Part shown: in pieces, positions 49,195 through 58,708 of the stretch | Layout: each line of letters starts with the position of its first letter | Position numbering within the stretch: position 1 is the first letter of the stretch | NCBI GenBank assembly: GCA_050633245.1 | Contig: JBOEGD010000015.1 | Coordinates: forward strand, 37,285-101,284 | Source: Calditrichia bacterium | GTDB lineage: Bacteria; Calditrichota; Calditrichia; RBG-13-44-9; J075 | Direction of reading: 5' to 3' | Length of the DNA: 64,000 nt | Notes under the pieces: model-generated | The model's database searches: none | What the model was told of the DNA's origin: nothing | The model's input: only the letters and a program-made list of their open reading frames with translations | Program-made: the position numbers and the translations under genes

Positions 49195-50934
49195 ATGAAC
49201 TTTGGACGATCCAATGAGTGCCGGAACTTATCCCAATGTGCGCTTAACCGTTTTACTCTTAATTATTGTTGCTATCTGGTGATCACGGTTTTATGTATTT
49301 TTTTGGCACCCGCCGTCGCACAGATAGATGAATCCAAAAGCACCTCTACTTTTGAAGAAATTGAGTTGGATTTACCCCTTAGAGTATTCAAACAAACTCT
49401 ACCGTTTGATATGCCCTTTATTATTACGGGAACTGTGCCGACCGGCACGAGAGTAGTTAAAGTTCTATATGAAGAAAGCAAGGATGAAAAATTTCAGAAT
49501 AAATGGACGCCAGCCAAACCGCTGTTCTGGCAAAAACACCCCGGGATAGATACCAAGAGAACAACCTTTCGCATTAAAATGCCTGATTTAGAAGCCGAAC
49601 GATATTACAATTTCAAAGTTGTGCTGACAATGTCCTTATCTAAAAAGGATTTGACAGCGTTTAAGCAAAAAGTCGAACGCCTAATCGATAAGTTCATGCT
49701 AAAAATTAGGGCAGGAGATATCAGTGAAGAAGAAAGTAAAGCTTTAAGAGAAGTACTCATTGACGAGTTAATCACTTCTCTTGGACAGGATTTGGTTATT
49801 GTACCCGAAACAATTTTTGATCCGGAATTAACAGATGAAAAAGTTCACGAAGCATTTCAGGAAGCTTCTCGCCAAATACTCGAACCGCAATTTAAATCAG
49901 ACGCAAATATCAAAAATTATTTTGCCGCCAAAGACCAATTTGCGGAACAAATCGAACGATTGTTCTTTTTAGATTCGTCCCTCAAAAATCTGGCTGACCT
50001 TATTGCAAAAGAGAAAAAGGCGAATAACCAGGCAATAATAAAGTTGTTTGCCAAAAAGGAATTTCAGCAGGCGTTAGATCTCTCAAAACTTGATAGCAAC
50101 CAGTTAGTGCTTTTGACCCAGGGTGGGAAAGAAAAACTGTCTGAACTTGCAAACACGATAGATTCATCTGAGATAACCAAGTATATTGCCAGTTACGAAC
50201 AAACTTACAAACTTTTAGATTCGCTAAAGTCATTGATAAATCATTTTGTAGCGAACAAGTATCTGGATAATTGGCGAAATCAAAATCAGTTAGATCAAAA
50301 CACGTTCAAATTCCTTAAATCACTAGCAGATAGCGGAGGCAAGCTGATCTCTGCAAAGAACACTGCGTTTGGTTTAATTGGAATAGTTAAAAGTTATAAA
50401 ACACACCTTGACGGGCGTTCAAAAGCCATTAGCGCTATGGCATCAAGCGCTAAAATAGAAATCCGGTCCGAAACAGTTGTTTTCGGCACCACAATAAACC
50501 GCGGACAAACGCCCCAAAGAAACTATATCAGCGCAGACGGCGGTATTTTATGTGCCCGGAATGTTGGCATCGTCCCTTATATCGGCACCAACATTTACCT
50601 GCGCCCGATAAACAAAAACGCTCCGTTATCCCGCAAAGGCACATTCGAACACCGGTTTGCGTTCACGGTCGGCTTAACCGTCCAAAGTATAGAAGATGAC
50701 AAAACCCCTAAAACGCGTGAAAATCTATTTGGAAGCCAGGCTCTGGTGCTGGGCGCTGGTATGCGGTTTAGTGAATCCATTCGTTTAGGCCTCGGCGGAC
50801 TGATATTTTTTAAACAGGATACCAACCCAGTTCATACCGAAAAGCGAATTGCGGTAAATCCCTACCTGTCTTTCTCATTTGATTGGGATATTGTCAAATC
50901 ATTTGCCGGAATCGGAAAGTTATTTTCCGGTTAG
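49195..50934 (+). CDS. Secreted/outer-membrane hypothetical protein (N-terminal beta domain, helical stalk, C-terminal amphipathic beta strands)
   Basis: GGGAG RBS; signal-like 'LCIFLAPAVAQ'; C-terminal 'PYIGTNIYLRP...FAFTVGLT...LGAGMRF...PYLSFSFDWD'. Confidence 0.65.
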   Translation: MNFGRSNECRNLSQCALNRFTLNYCCYLVITVLCIFLAPAVAQIDESKSTSTFEEIELDLPLRVFKQTLPFDMPFIITGTVPTGTRVVKVLYEESKDEKFQNKWTPAKPLFWQKHPGIDTKRTTFRIKMPDLEAERYYNFKVVLTMSLSKKDLTAFKQKVERLIDKFMLKIRAGDISEEESKALREVLIDELITSLGQDLVIVPETIFDPELTDEKVHEAFQEASRQILEPQFKSDANIKNYFAAKDQFAEQIERLFFLDSSLKNLADLIAKEKKANNQAIIKLFAKKEFQQALDLSKLDSNQLVLLTQGGKEKLSELANTIDSSEITKYIASYEQTYKLLDSLKSLINHFVANKYLDNWRNQNQLDQNTFKFLKSLADSGGKLISAKNTAFGLIGIVKSYKTHLDGRSKAISAMASSAKIEIRSETVVFGTTINRGQTPQRNYISADGGILCARNVGIVPYIGTNIYLRPINKNAPLSRKGTFEHRFAFTVGLTVQSIEDDKTPKTRENLFGSQALVLGAGMRFSESIRLGLGGLIFFKQDTNPVHTEKRIAVNPYLSFSFDWDIVKSFAGIGKLFSG

Positions 50935-50967
50935 AACAGCAAAACCTCTAAAAATTCGGAGAATATA

Positions 50968-51321
50968 ATGGCTATAGTAATTTCAGAAAGCCTCTCGGCA
51001 ACTCCTAATACGACAACTTTGCCGAAACGAATCACCTTGCGCCAAAAGCTGATCAGTAATCAAACATCAGAGAAAGTCCAATTCCACTATACCTTAAATC
51101 CGGATCATGATATCTGGTTTAAAAAGGCCGACGGTACTCTATTAAAAGCGGTTCAACGCAGCGGTGTGGCAGCAAAAACGGTCAAAGAATTTAGTCATCG
51201 AATCACTCTGGTTCGCAATGGCGGTAACTCTTTTAGCGGGACATTGATTATCAATCAAACTATTATTGACGAATCAAATAATAAATTGGCTGATTTAGTT
51301 ACTATAATAGTAAAGCGATGA
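50968..51321 (+). CDS. Small beta-rich hypothetical protein
   Basis: GGAG RBS; 117 aa; overlaps the start of the next gene. Confidence 0.6.
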   Translation: MAIVISESLSATPNTTTLPKRITLRQKLISNQTSEKVQFHYTLNPDHDIWFKKADGTLLKAVQRSGVAAKTVKEFSHRITLVRNGGNSFSGTLIINQTIIDESNNKLADLVTIIVKR

Positions 51322-52685
51322 GGTCAAATATGTTCGGAATTAGAATTTACGTTTACTTTATCTTTTTACTCTCAGTTTATATAATATTTCTGAGTTGTGA
51401 TAAGCTGATATATGAACCGGAAGATTACGACATTACCGATTCGGTATTGAACAAGACTTTTTCCTTAAAAACCAAAGATAATATTACCACCATTCCTGCC
51501 GATGGGTATTCTGAACTGAAAATAATTGCCCGCATCATTGAACATGAAATAGATACGGATAAACGAACCGTCATCTTTTCCACAACTGCCGGCACTTTGA
51601 TTGGCGGCGCCACTATAGGGGAAACCGAAGAAGTTGTCATTAATGATGAGCGAATGGCCATTATTTATTTAAGGTCCGACCAAAACATAACCACGGCTTT
51701 GGTTAAGGCACAGGTGAAAAATGCACCGGCGATCGTGCGGGAAGTAGCCATAAACTTTAGTACGGTAAACCCCGATAGCATATTCCAATTTATTGATTTC
51801 CCGGCATCTGCTCAGGCGGACGGATTCTCACTGAACGCTGTTACCGTACGAGTGTCTTCCCAAATTCCCTCGGGAAGTCGCCAGGTAACTTTTACCACCA
51901 CTGGAGGTACCTTTGCATCTACTAATAACCAAACCGCGCAAATAATGCCTAATGTAGATAACCGGGCTACCGCAGTATTAAAGAGCCCAAACAGCATTCA
52001 AACAACCACGATTAAAGCAACCGTCAACACTTTTTCCAGAGAAATTTCGATCAACTTTATGCCGATAATACCGGACAGTATTATCCGGTTTATTACGACC
52101 CCTAATTCTGCACCCGCCGATGGTGCCACCTTAAGCACCTACTCAGTGCGTATATCGCCGCAGCTGCCGCTATCCGGGCGAAGAGTCACCTTCAGCACAA
52201 CTAGCGGAACGTTTGCAGTAAATAACAACAATACTATTCAAGTCACTGCGGATCAGAGTAATATTGCCACAGCTATCTTGAAAAGCCCCAATATAATAGA
52301 AAACGGTCTTATCAGCGCAACGATAAACGGATTAACCAGAGATGCAACCACTGATTTCCAGCGCGCTGATCCGGAACAGATATTATTAAATCTTGGTGCG
52401 TTTCAAATTAAAGCAAGTTTAACGAATTCGATTATTGCAAAAGCACAGTTAATCAGAAATGTCGGAACAGTCACTCCCGGAACAATCGTAACTTTTAATG
52501 CGGCAGACAGCCTCGGCAATCCTATCGGACTTTTCGGTGATATTACTTTATCAAACTCAATGGGTGAGGCAACCGCCATCTTTACAACGGGTGCCACCAC
52601 CTACCGGGGCAGGGTAACCATAACCTCGGGAACGACAGCACCAAACTTAACCGCCACTGCCATGCTTCAGGTAGTCGATCCCTGA
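51318..52685 (+). CDS. Lipoprotein with tandem Big_1 (invasin/intimin-like) Ig domains
   Basis: Lipobox FLSC; three repeats '(P/Q)ADG...VTF.TT.GTF...ATA.LKS...ATVN' plus a fourth Ig-like domain. Confidence 0.8.
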   Translation: MRSNMFGIRIYVYFIFLLSVYIIFLSCDKLIYEPEDYDITDSVLNKTFSLKTKDNITTIPADGYSELKIIARIIEHEIDTDKRTVIFSTTAGTLIGGATIGETEEVVINDERMAIIYLRSDQNITTALVKAQVKNAPAIVREVAINFSTVNPDSIFQFIDFPASAQADGFSLNAVTVRVSSQIPSGSRQVTFTTTGGTFASTNNQTAQIMPNVDNRATAVLKSPNSIQTTTIKATVNTFSREISINFMPIIPDSIIRFITTPNSAPADGATLSTYSVRISPQLPLSGRRVTFSTTSGTFAVNNNNTIQVTADQSNIATAILKSPNIIENGLISATINGLTRDATTDFQRADPEQILLNLGAFQIKASLTNSIIAKAQLIRNVGTVTPGTIVTFNAADSLGNPIGLFGDITLSNSMGEATAIFTTGATTYRGRVTITSGTTAPNLTATAMLQVVDP

Positions 52686-52788
52686 TTTTAGTTGTAATAT
52701 ATTATGTCACAACATATTGTCTGGCAGAAATATGACAATTTCGAATAATGATGAATAAACTTTTATGCATAAGATAGGATAGCAGATA

Positions 52789-55020
52789 ATGAATCGCCTT
52801 TTTTTTACAATCATTTTGTTAGGCTCGCTGTTTGGAAATGCTCAAAATACCGCTCCAGGTAAAAACACACCGCCGCTGAAATTGATTAATACAGTAAACA
52901 ACTCTAAGGAAATTGTTATAAACCAACATTTTGACAGTTTTTACTACCCTTTGCGCCTGTTAAACGAAAGTAATAAGCCAGTGAAGTCCTTAACATTTAT
53001 AGTTTCCGATCTGATCAGCCTAGACAATCACACCCGAACCCCATTACATTGGTCACCGGTTCCCGATAGCATTTATGATGTCAAAAAGCAACCTTGGGCT
53101 ATAGAGCCCAAAGCAACAATTGACATAGATCTGAAAGCGATGTTGGCGCACCATGGTAATTATTTCGGCACCATCTCCTGGCATTATATTAATCCCCTAA
53201 ACGATATTACTATTTATGATCATAAAGTCATCAAAATCAACCGCTCCCGAAAAGCAGCCGCCGTTAGCATTCTTGGAGTAGAATCCGTACGCTCGGAGAT
53301 TACTTTGGGTAACCCTGAGATGTGGATGATACTACAAAATAATACTGATAAGCAGGTAGTTCTTAATTATCCGACATTTACTACCTTAACCAAAAAAGTG
53401 GGAGAAAATCAAATTCAGGCAAACTATAAAAAATTAACTATAGAATCAGAGGATAGCTCCGGGCTACCATCACCTTTCATTTTACCGGGAAACACAAATC
53501 GGCGAATCAAGCTGATACCAAATGGTTTAGGCGATGCTGGAGAATACAATGGTGTTGTGAGAGTTAGTGGACAGTCTTTCGAGCCGGTAGAAAAAACATT
53601 TAAAATTTACCTTAAAAAATCCTATTGGATTGCTAGCTTTTTTATCTTCTTGGGTATCGCTTTTTCAATCTTGCTCAATTACTTTAAAGCCTCATTACGC
53701 CCGCAATTGTTATGGCAGCGACGGCTGACGATAATTCGCGAGAAGCTGCAATTAATACTCGAAAAAAATAACCCGGACGATGAAGAAAAATCGGTAATAA
53801 AATCGCTTTATGACCGATCTACGCAACTGTCTGAAAATTTGGCCTGGAAGGATAGGAATAAAAACGAAAATCAAATAAACGATTTGGAGGTGAAAGTTTC
53901 GCTATTGTCGGATTGGTTGGACATAAAAAAACGGATACGCAAATTAGAACCGGCCGAACTTCGCACTCTATTTCATGAAGATTTGGAACAGGTAAGGATT
54001 TATTTGCTTAGTGTTATTCCGTTAGATGCGGACAATCAAAAGATATCCGCCATTCTTAATGGATTCGACAGCAAGCGTAGAGAAGCAATCCAGGCCAACC
54101 TTCAACTACAAATAGAAGCTTTTGAGAAGGAACTCCAGGAGCAAAAAAGTAAGTCCATAGCCGAGGCTATCAAACCGATAATCGATCGAGCTAAAAATGA
54201 ATTAATTAATCAAAATTTGGAGGCAGCTCGCGTTCATATCGACAAAGCCCGCCTGAAATATGCCCAACTACTTGGGAAGGCATTCCGGAAAAATCTTCCC
54301 AGTGAAACTCCTATAGGTGTTGATGAAAAAGACTGGCAAGGAATAAAGACCTCATTGGAACAAAACCTTGATAAGATCACTCAAAGTGATGTCCCCCAGG
54401 AAGCCAGTCAATTATTTACATCATCAGCTATCCTTTATTTTGATTTACTTTTGAACGGCTTGAAAAAAGAGGCGGAGCAACAACACAATACAGCCGAATC
54501 CGATGAGAAATATCAAGAACTGACGCCCCATTGGCAAAATGTCCTGGATATGCTTAAAGAAGCAAACATTGCCATTAAAGCGCAACAATTCCAGAAGGTA
54601 AATAAACTTTATACAAATGCTCAAAAAGATTTTCTCGATTTAACAAAACAGATGTCGCAGAAAAGAGCATCAATTTATACCCGGTCTACCAACGAAGTTG
54701 TATTTGATGCGCAGTGGAGTGGGCACATTCCGTCATCCGCCGTTATTCCAGAATTGATATCCAAACAGCTAGAGAAATTCAAACAGCCAAAGAAATCCAG
54801 CAAATATTTTAGCATATTAATTAAATATCTGGACATCATCTTTTTGTTTATTCTGGCAATCATTGCCGTCATTCTCGGCTTGAAATTCTTTTGGGTGGAC
54901 AACCCTAGCTGGGGCTCAGTAAAAGATTATTTTGTGGCATTATTATGGGGGTTGGGTCTCCATAAAGTAACTGAAGGAACATTTGAAGGATTTAAAACGC
55001 TAAAATCCAAATACAACTAG
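52789..55020 (+). CDS. Membrane protein: exported Ig-like domains, TM, cytoplasmic helical region, C-terminal TM hairpin
   Basis: Signal peptide; TM 'WIASFFIFLGIAFSILL'; coiled-coil-rich middle; 'NPSWGSVKDYFVALLWGLG'. Confidence 0.65.
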   Translation: MNRLFFTIILLGSLFGNAQNTAPGKNTPPLKLINTVNNSKEIVINQHFDSFYYPLRLLNESNKPVKSLTFIVSDLISLDNHTRTPLHWSPVPDSIYDVKKQPWAIEPKATIDIDLKAMLAHHGNYFGTISWHYINPLNDITIYDHKVIKINRSRKAAAVSILGVESVRSEITLGNPEMWMILQNNTDKQVVLNYPTFTTLTKKVGENQIQANYKKLTIESEDSSGLPSPFILPGNTNRRIKLIPNGLGDAGEYNGVVRVSGQSFEPVEKTFKIYLKKSYWIASFFIFLGIAFSILLNYFKASLRPQLLWQRRLTIIREKLQLILEKNNPDDEEKSVIKSLYDRSTQLSENLAWKDRNKNENQINDLEVKVSLLSDWLDIKKRIRKLEPAELRTLFHEDLEQVRIYLLSVIPLDADNQKISAILNGFDSKRREAIQANLQLQIEAFEKELQEQKSKSIAEAIKPIIDRAKNELINQNLEAARVHIDKARLKYAQLLGKAFRKNLPSETPIGVDEKDWQGIKTSLEQNLDKITQSDVPQEASQLFTSSAILYFDLLLNGLKKEAEQQHNTAESDEKYQELTPHWQNVLDMLKEANIAIKAQQFQKVNKLYTNAQKDFLDLTKQMSQKRASIYTRSTNEVVFDAQWSGHIPSSAVIPELISKQLEKFKQPKKSSKYFSILIKYLDIIFLFILAIIAVILGLKFFWVDNPSWGSVKDYFVALLWGLGLHKVTEGTFEGFKTLKSKYN

Positions 55021-55221
55021 CATATTCCCTGATTCAACATTTTTGCTTCGGTTAAATATAAATCAAATTACATTCAGCACCAAAGTGCTAAAAAGTAAAC
55101 ATGTTTTTCGCAGTGTCACAAGATCAATGTAGTAACTCTTTTTTTGAAATAAAGTTGACCTAGAAGATTAACTATTATAAGAATCCTAATGATCTGATTC
55201 GCCGAATAAAAAGGTTTTCAT

Positions 55222-57183
55222 ATGAAAAATAAAGATCCCAAGAATCTAATTACAAAACCTGGCTCTACAGAAATTCGTAGGGATATTGTCATAGAAAATA
55301 ACCCAAAAATAGTGGCAGCCATAAAGTCAAATAGGGACATGATTCAGACATCCTCGCAATTAGATAGCACTCAATGGAGTACTCAACGTTTCGCAATCCG
55401 AAAAACGTTGATCGAAGAAGAAGATAGCGACCCAAATGGTTTCCAACGAATTATAGGAACCAGTAATCTATTATCGGTTAATTATCTAACCCGTGGAATA
55501 AGAGCAGCAGCAGCAGTATGTCGTATTTATGTTCCAGGAGGAAACTGGTGCGGAACTGGTTTTTTAGTTGGGCCACGTTTACTCATGACCAATAATCACG
55601 TATTAAATTCGAAGGATGTAGCAGCCCAATGTGAAGTAAGTTTTAGTTATGAACATGATGCTGATGGCGTTTTAATGTCTCCAATACAGTTTAATCTTAC
55701 TCCGCATGAAATATTTTATACTGATGTTACAACCGATGTTACTTTTGTTGCTGTTGCTCCTTTTTCTGATAGTAGTGTACCAATTGAACGTTTTGGCTAT
55801 CTTCCGTTAATCCCCCTTTCGGGAAAGGGAATTCAAGGAGAATTTGTTACAATAATTCAACATCCTGGCGGCGGCCCTAAACAAATGGCTCTAAGAAATA
55901 GTAAAATTATTGTCCTTGAAAATTTATCGTCACCCAATCTCTCAAATCGTTATATTCATTATACCACAGACACTGAGCCCGGTTCATCCGGTGCACCTGT
56001 TTTAAATGATCAATGGCAGGTAGTTGCCATTCACCACAAAACTGTTGCAAATCCCTCAAAAAGTAACACTGGGGGGAACAGTAACTCTAGCAATAATAAT
56101 AAGTGGCTTGCTAACCAAGGTATATGGGTTAGTGCTATTTACGAGAGGCTTGAATTTAAACGTTTTTCAGATTCAGATGCCGCCGCCACATTAGCACGCC
56201 TTAGTCGAGCAATAGGCTTACCTCCAATGACGGTTACTTCATCGCACAGCCCTAATTTTGCAGAGCGAGAAGGTAAAGCCCTTCCAAAAAACCATTGGAA
56301 TGATTCTAAATTTGGTTACGACCCAGAATTTTTACCAGTTAACCTTAAGTTAGATAAAATCTTAAGTCAACGACAAAATGAGGCAGCTAAACTAAAAGAG
56401 AGTAATGATATCATCCTCAACTATTTACACTTTTCATCAGTAATAGACAAAAATCGAAAGTGTCCAATGCTTACTGCTGTCAATATACATGGTGCAAAGC
56501 TAAAACACCCTTGTGATACTTCAAATAGTTGGAGACGTGATATCCGCTTAGACGACATATTTCAACCAGGCGATAATTTTTACATGAAAAAGTTAGGAAA
56601 TGATCCAGTTTCATTTGATCGTGGGCATTTAGTTAGACGCCTAAACCCTTGCTGGGGTGATACTCTCCAAGAGGTAAGATTAGCTGAGAAACACACTTTT
56701 CATTTTACCAATGCTGCACCCCAAGTCCACCGCTACAACGATATCGAATGGGGTGACTTAGAAGATTATATTCTTAGCCGAACACAGACATTAGAAAAAA
56801 AAGTGACCGTTTACTCTGGACCTATTTTTAAAGGTCAAGATCCACAATACGGATCTAGCCGAAAAAATGGCCCATGGAAAATCCCCATTACCTTTTGGAA
56901 AATAGCGGTAATTGAAAAATCAGAAAATAATATATCTGTTGCAGCTTTCATGATTGGTCAAATTGAATATTTAAAAACACTTTATGAGGCTCGTGTCTTC
57001 AAAGGTCTAAAGCCATACACTACAGATGAATTAAAGACTCGCAAAATTCAAACTACCGTTGAGGCAGTTGAAAGCGAAACCGGTTTTAACTTTTCCGTTT
57101 TACGTGATTATGATGCCTTAAATGGACTCGAATCTTCTCGACAAGCTCGATTTATAAGATACAATGAGGACATTATTATATAA
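55222..57183 (+). CDS. Trypsin-like serine protease fused to DNA/RNA non-specific (EndoG/NucA-type) endonuclease
   Basis: 'GTGFLVG..LLMTNNHV', 'IIQHPGG', 'TEPGSSGAPV'; nuclease 'DRGHLVRR', 'FHFTNAAPQ', 'N...W..LE'; no signal peptide. Confidence 0.92.
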   Translation: MKNKDPKNLITKPGSTEIRRDIVIENNPKIVAAIKSNRDMIQTSSQLDSTQWSTQRFAIRKTLIEEEDSDPNGFQRIIGTSNLLSVNYLTRGIRAAAAVCRIYVPGGNWCGTGFLVGPRLLMTNNHVLNSKDVAAQCEVSFSYEHDADGVLMSPIQFNLTPHEIFYTDVTTDVTFVAVAPFSDSSVPIERFGYLPLIPLSGKGIQGEFVTIIQHPGGGPKQMALRNSKIIVLENLSSPNLSNRYIHYTTDTEPGSSGAPVLNDQWQVVAIHHKTVANPSKSNTGGNSNSSNNNKWLANQGIWVSAIYERLEFKRFSDSDAAATLARLSRAIGLPPMTVTSSHSPNFAEREGKALPKNHWNDSKFGYDPEFLPVNLKLDKILSQRQNEAAKLKESNDIILNYLHFSSVIDKNRKCPMLTAVNIHGAKLKHPCDTSNSWRRDIRLDDIFQPGDNFYMKKLGNDPVSFDRGHLVRRLNPCWGDTLQEVRLAEKHTFHFTNAAPQVHRYNDIEWGDLEDYILSRTQTLEKKVTVYSGPIFKGQDPQYGSSRKNGPWKIPITFWKIAVIEKSENNISVAAFMIGQIEYLKTLYEARVFKGLKPYTTDELKTRKIQTTVEAVESETGFNFSVLRDYDALNGLESSRQARFIRYNEDIII

Positions 57184-57282
57184 AATAGCTAAAGAAACTT
57201 TTTAAATTTCAGCTCCTTAACCTGTCACTCTCAGTATTCAAGCAATCATATTTAGAGTACATTTCTTTTTCATCATGAATTT

Positions 57283-57413
57283 TGAACTTCCCCCGATATT
57301 GTGGACACTAAGTTAAGCGTTATTTTCATTCAAACGTTTAACTTAGTGTCTTGTGGCAGAGAAGAAAACCAGACGGAAATTTACCAAAGAATTCAAAGAA
57401 GAAGTGGTTCTGC
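57283..57413 (+). mobile_element. IS3-family left-end relic (IRL plus start of orfA)
   Basis: TGAACTTCCCCCGATATTGTGGACAC...GAGAAGAAAACCAGACGGAAATTTACCAAAGAATTCAAAGAAGAAG; inverted homolog of 48637-48508. Confidence 0.88.
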
Positions 57414-57576
57414 TTTTAATATGAGCAGTCTTCACTTCCCAAGTCTCCTATATATGTGCGTGGATAACGTTCGACGATTCGACCCGCCTGCTAAGCCGGA
57501 TTGTAGTTAGGCAACTGGTCTTCTACTGAATTCTGCTTAGATCCAGCAGAGGACTTTTTATGCGCTGCATGGGCAC
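57414..57576 (-). pseudogene. comM: comM 3' relic no. 3 (highly decayed)
   Basis: Aligns by eye to 31890-32054 (gagcagt...cgacgattc...cccgcctgc...taggcaactg...cgctgcat). Confidence 0.7.
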
Positions 57577-57799
57577 CCATGCAGTTGCCAGTTACAAACG
57601 GGTTAAGTGTAGTAAAATCAGGTGGCGGGTTTTTAAATCGCTTAGTATTTCATAGATTTTTCTTAAAAATTCTTATGAAACTAACTACAGATAAGTGTTT
57701 AAAATATAGCTAAAACCCAAATCTAGCTCACTCACCATATAGAGGCCAAAGTGAACCTTTAGGATGTTTATTTCTATTTTACGATGGCACTATTTTTCG
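57573..57799. repeat. Island end/att arm, copy 3
   Basis: GCACCCATGCAGTTGCCAGTTACAAACGGGTTAAGTGTAGTAAAATCAGGTGGCGGGTT and TATTTCTATTTTACGATGGCACTATTTTTCG (57769-57799; 1 mismatch to 32255-32285). Confidence 0.78.
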
Positions 57800-57822
57800 G
57801 GACGATTACCAATGTTTTTACT

Positions 57823-57877
57823 GAGCACCCTCGGACGGACTCGAACCGGCACAGAGTATTACTCCGAGGGATTATGA
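57823..57877 (-). pseudogene. tRNA-Leu 3'-half relic (att-site remnant)
   Basis: Minus strand AATCCCTCGG-AGTAATACT-CTGTGCCGGTTCGAGTCCG: 3' anticodon stem, long variable arm and TpsiC arm typical of tRNA-Leu. The 5' half is absent and the acceptor end is degenerate. Confidence 0.7.
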
Positions 57878-58119
57878 AGCTGGAGGATAGCAAAGCTAAA
57901 CTCAGAATTTACAGCATAAAGTGCCGTTTAGTTGTAGTTAAGCTGAGAGTTTCAGCTGCAATAGTGAGCATATTTGGGCAGAAATAGGCGATAATTTGAC
58001 AAAATGTCTTGACGTATTGTTGACTTTTTTCGCTTGGTACGATTTGAATTATTTTCAGAGGATCATTTCAACTTTATAGGACTTGCAAAATTTAACTCAC
58101 TTTAAAGAAGCTAACTATT

Positions 58120-58644
58120 CTATGATTTTTTGTGATACTGATTGTCTTCAAGTAACTGCTTAAGTAGCTGATCGCTCTCTATTTCAATTTTTTTACACAT
58201 CTGTTTCAATAATAAAATTTGAGAATAGATTTTTATTTGAAAGTTAGAATTTATTGGTGTTAACCGCAAGCAATGTGACCGAAAGCTAACAAGCAACTTG
58301 GTTAATTTATTTGAAACCGAAACTAGTTTAAATGAAGAAATCAAAAGGGAGTAGTGTCCTCTCCCCCTCGATGATAATTCTTTTTCTGGCTGTCCTAATA
58401 GATCACATAAGATTGACGTCCTATCTGATAAACAAATCAACCTATTGCGGAGTTGATCACATTCTTTTGGCAAAATCTTATCTTGTTGATTGAATAAATC
58501 GCTGTATTGGTAAATTTCGTCACTAAGCTTAATTATAGAGTCAAGATGTTCAACGAAATTTAGACTAAGATAATTTGATGTGTTTGTTTCTCCAACCTTT
58601 AAATCGATAGCACGATTAGAGAAAACACTAAAATTGTTTATCAT
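58120..58644 (-). CDS. Hypothetical alpha-helical protein
   Basis: GAGG RBS before ATG 58644; 'LFNQQDKILPKECD' motif resembles the C-terminal part of 59212-59892. Confidence 0.6.
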   Translation of the reverse strand: MINNFSVFSNRAIDLKVGETNTSNYLSLNFVEHLDSIIKLSDEIYQYSDLFNQQDKILPKECDQLRNRLICLSDRTSILCDLLGQPEKELSSRGRGHYSLLISSFKLVSVSNKLTKLLVSFRSHCLRLTPINSNFQIKIYSQILLLKQMCKKIEIESDQLLKQLLEDNQYHKKS

Positions 58645-58708
58645 ATTATTATTACCTCGATAGAACATTCTATTAGTTAAGAAGCCCAATATTTTTATTT
58701 GATGGCAT

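Noticed and set aside
57823-57877. Functional tRNA gene
   Set aside because: D-arm and 5' acceptor strand are absent, and the anticodon loop and CCA end are degenerate; reported only as a relic.
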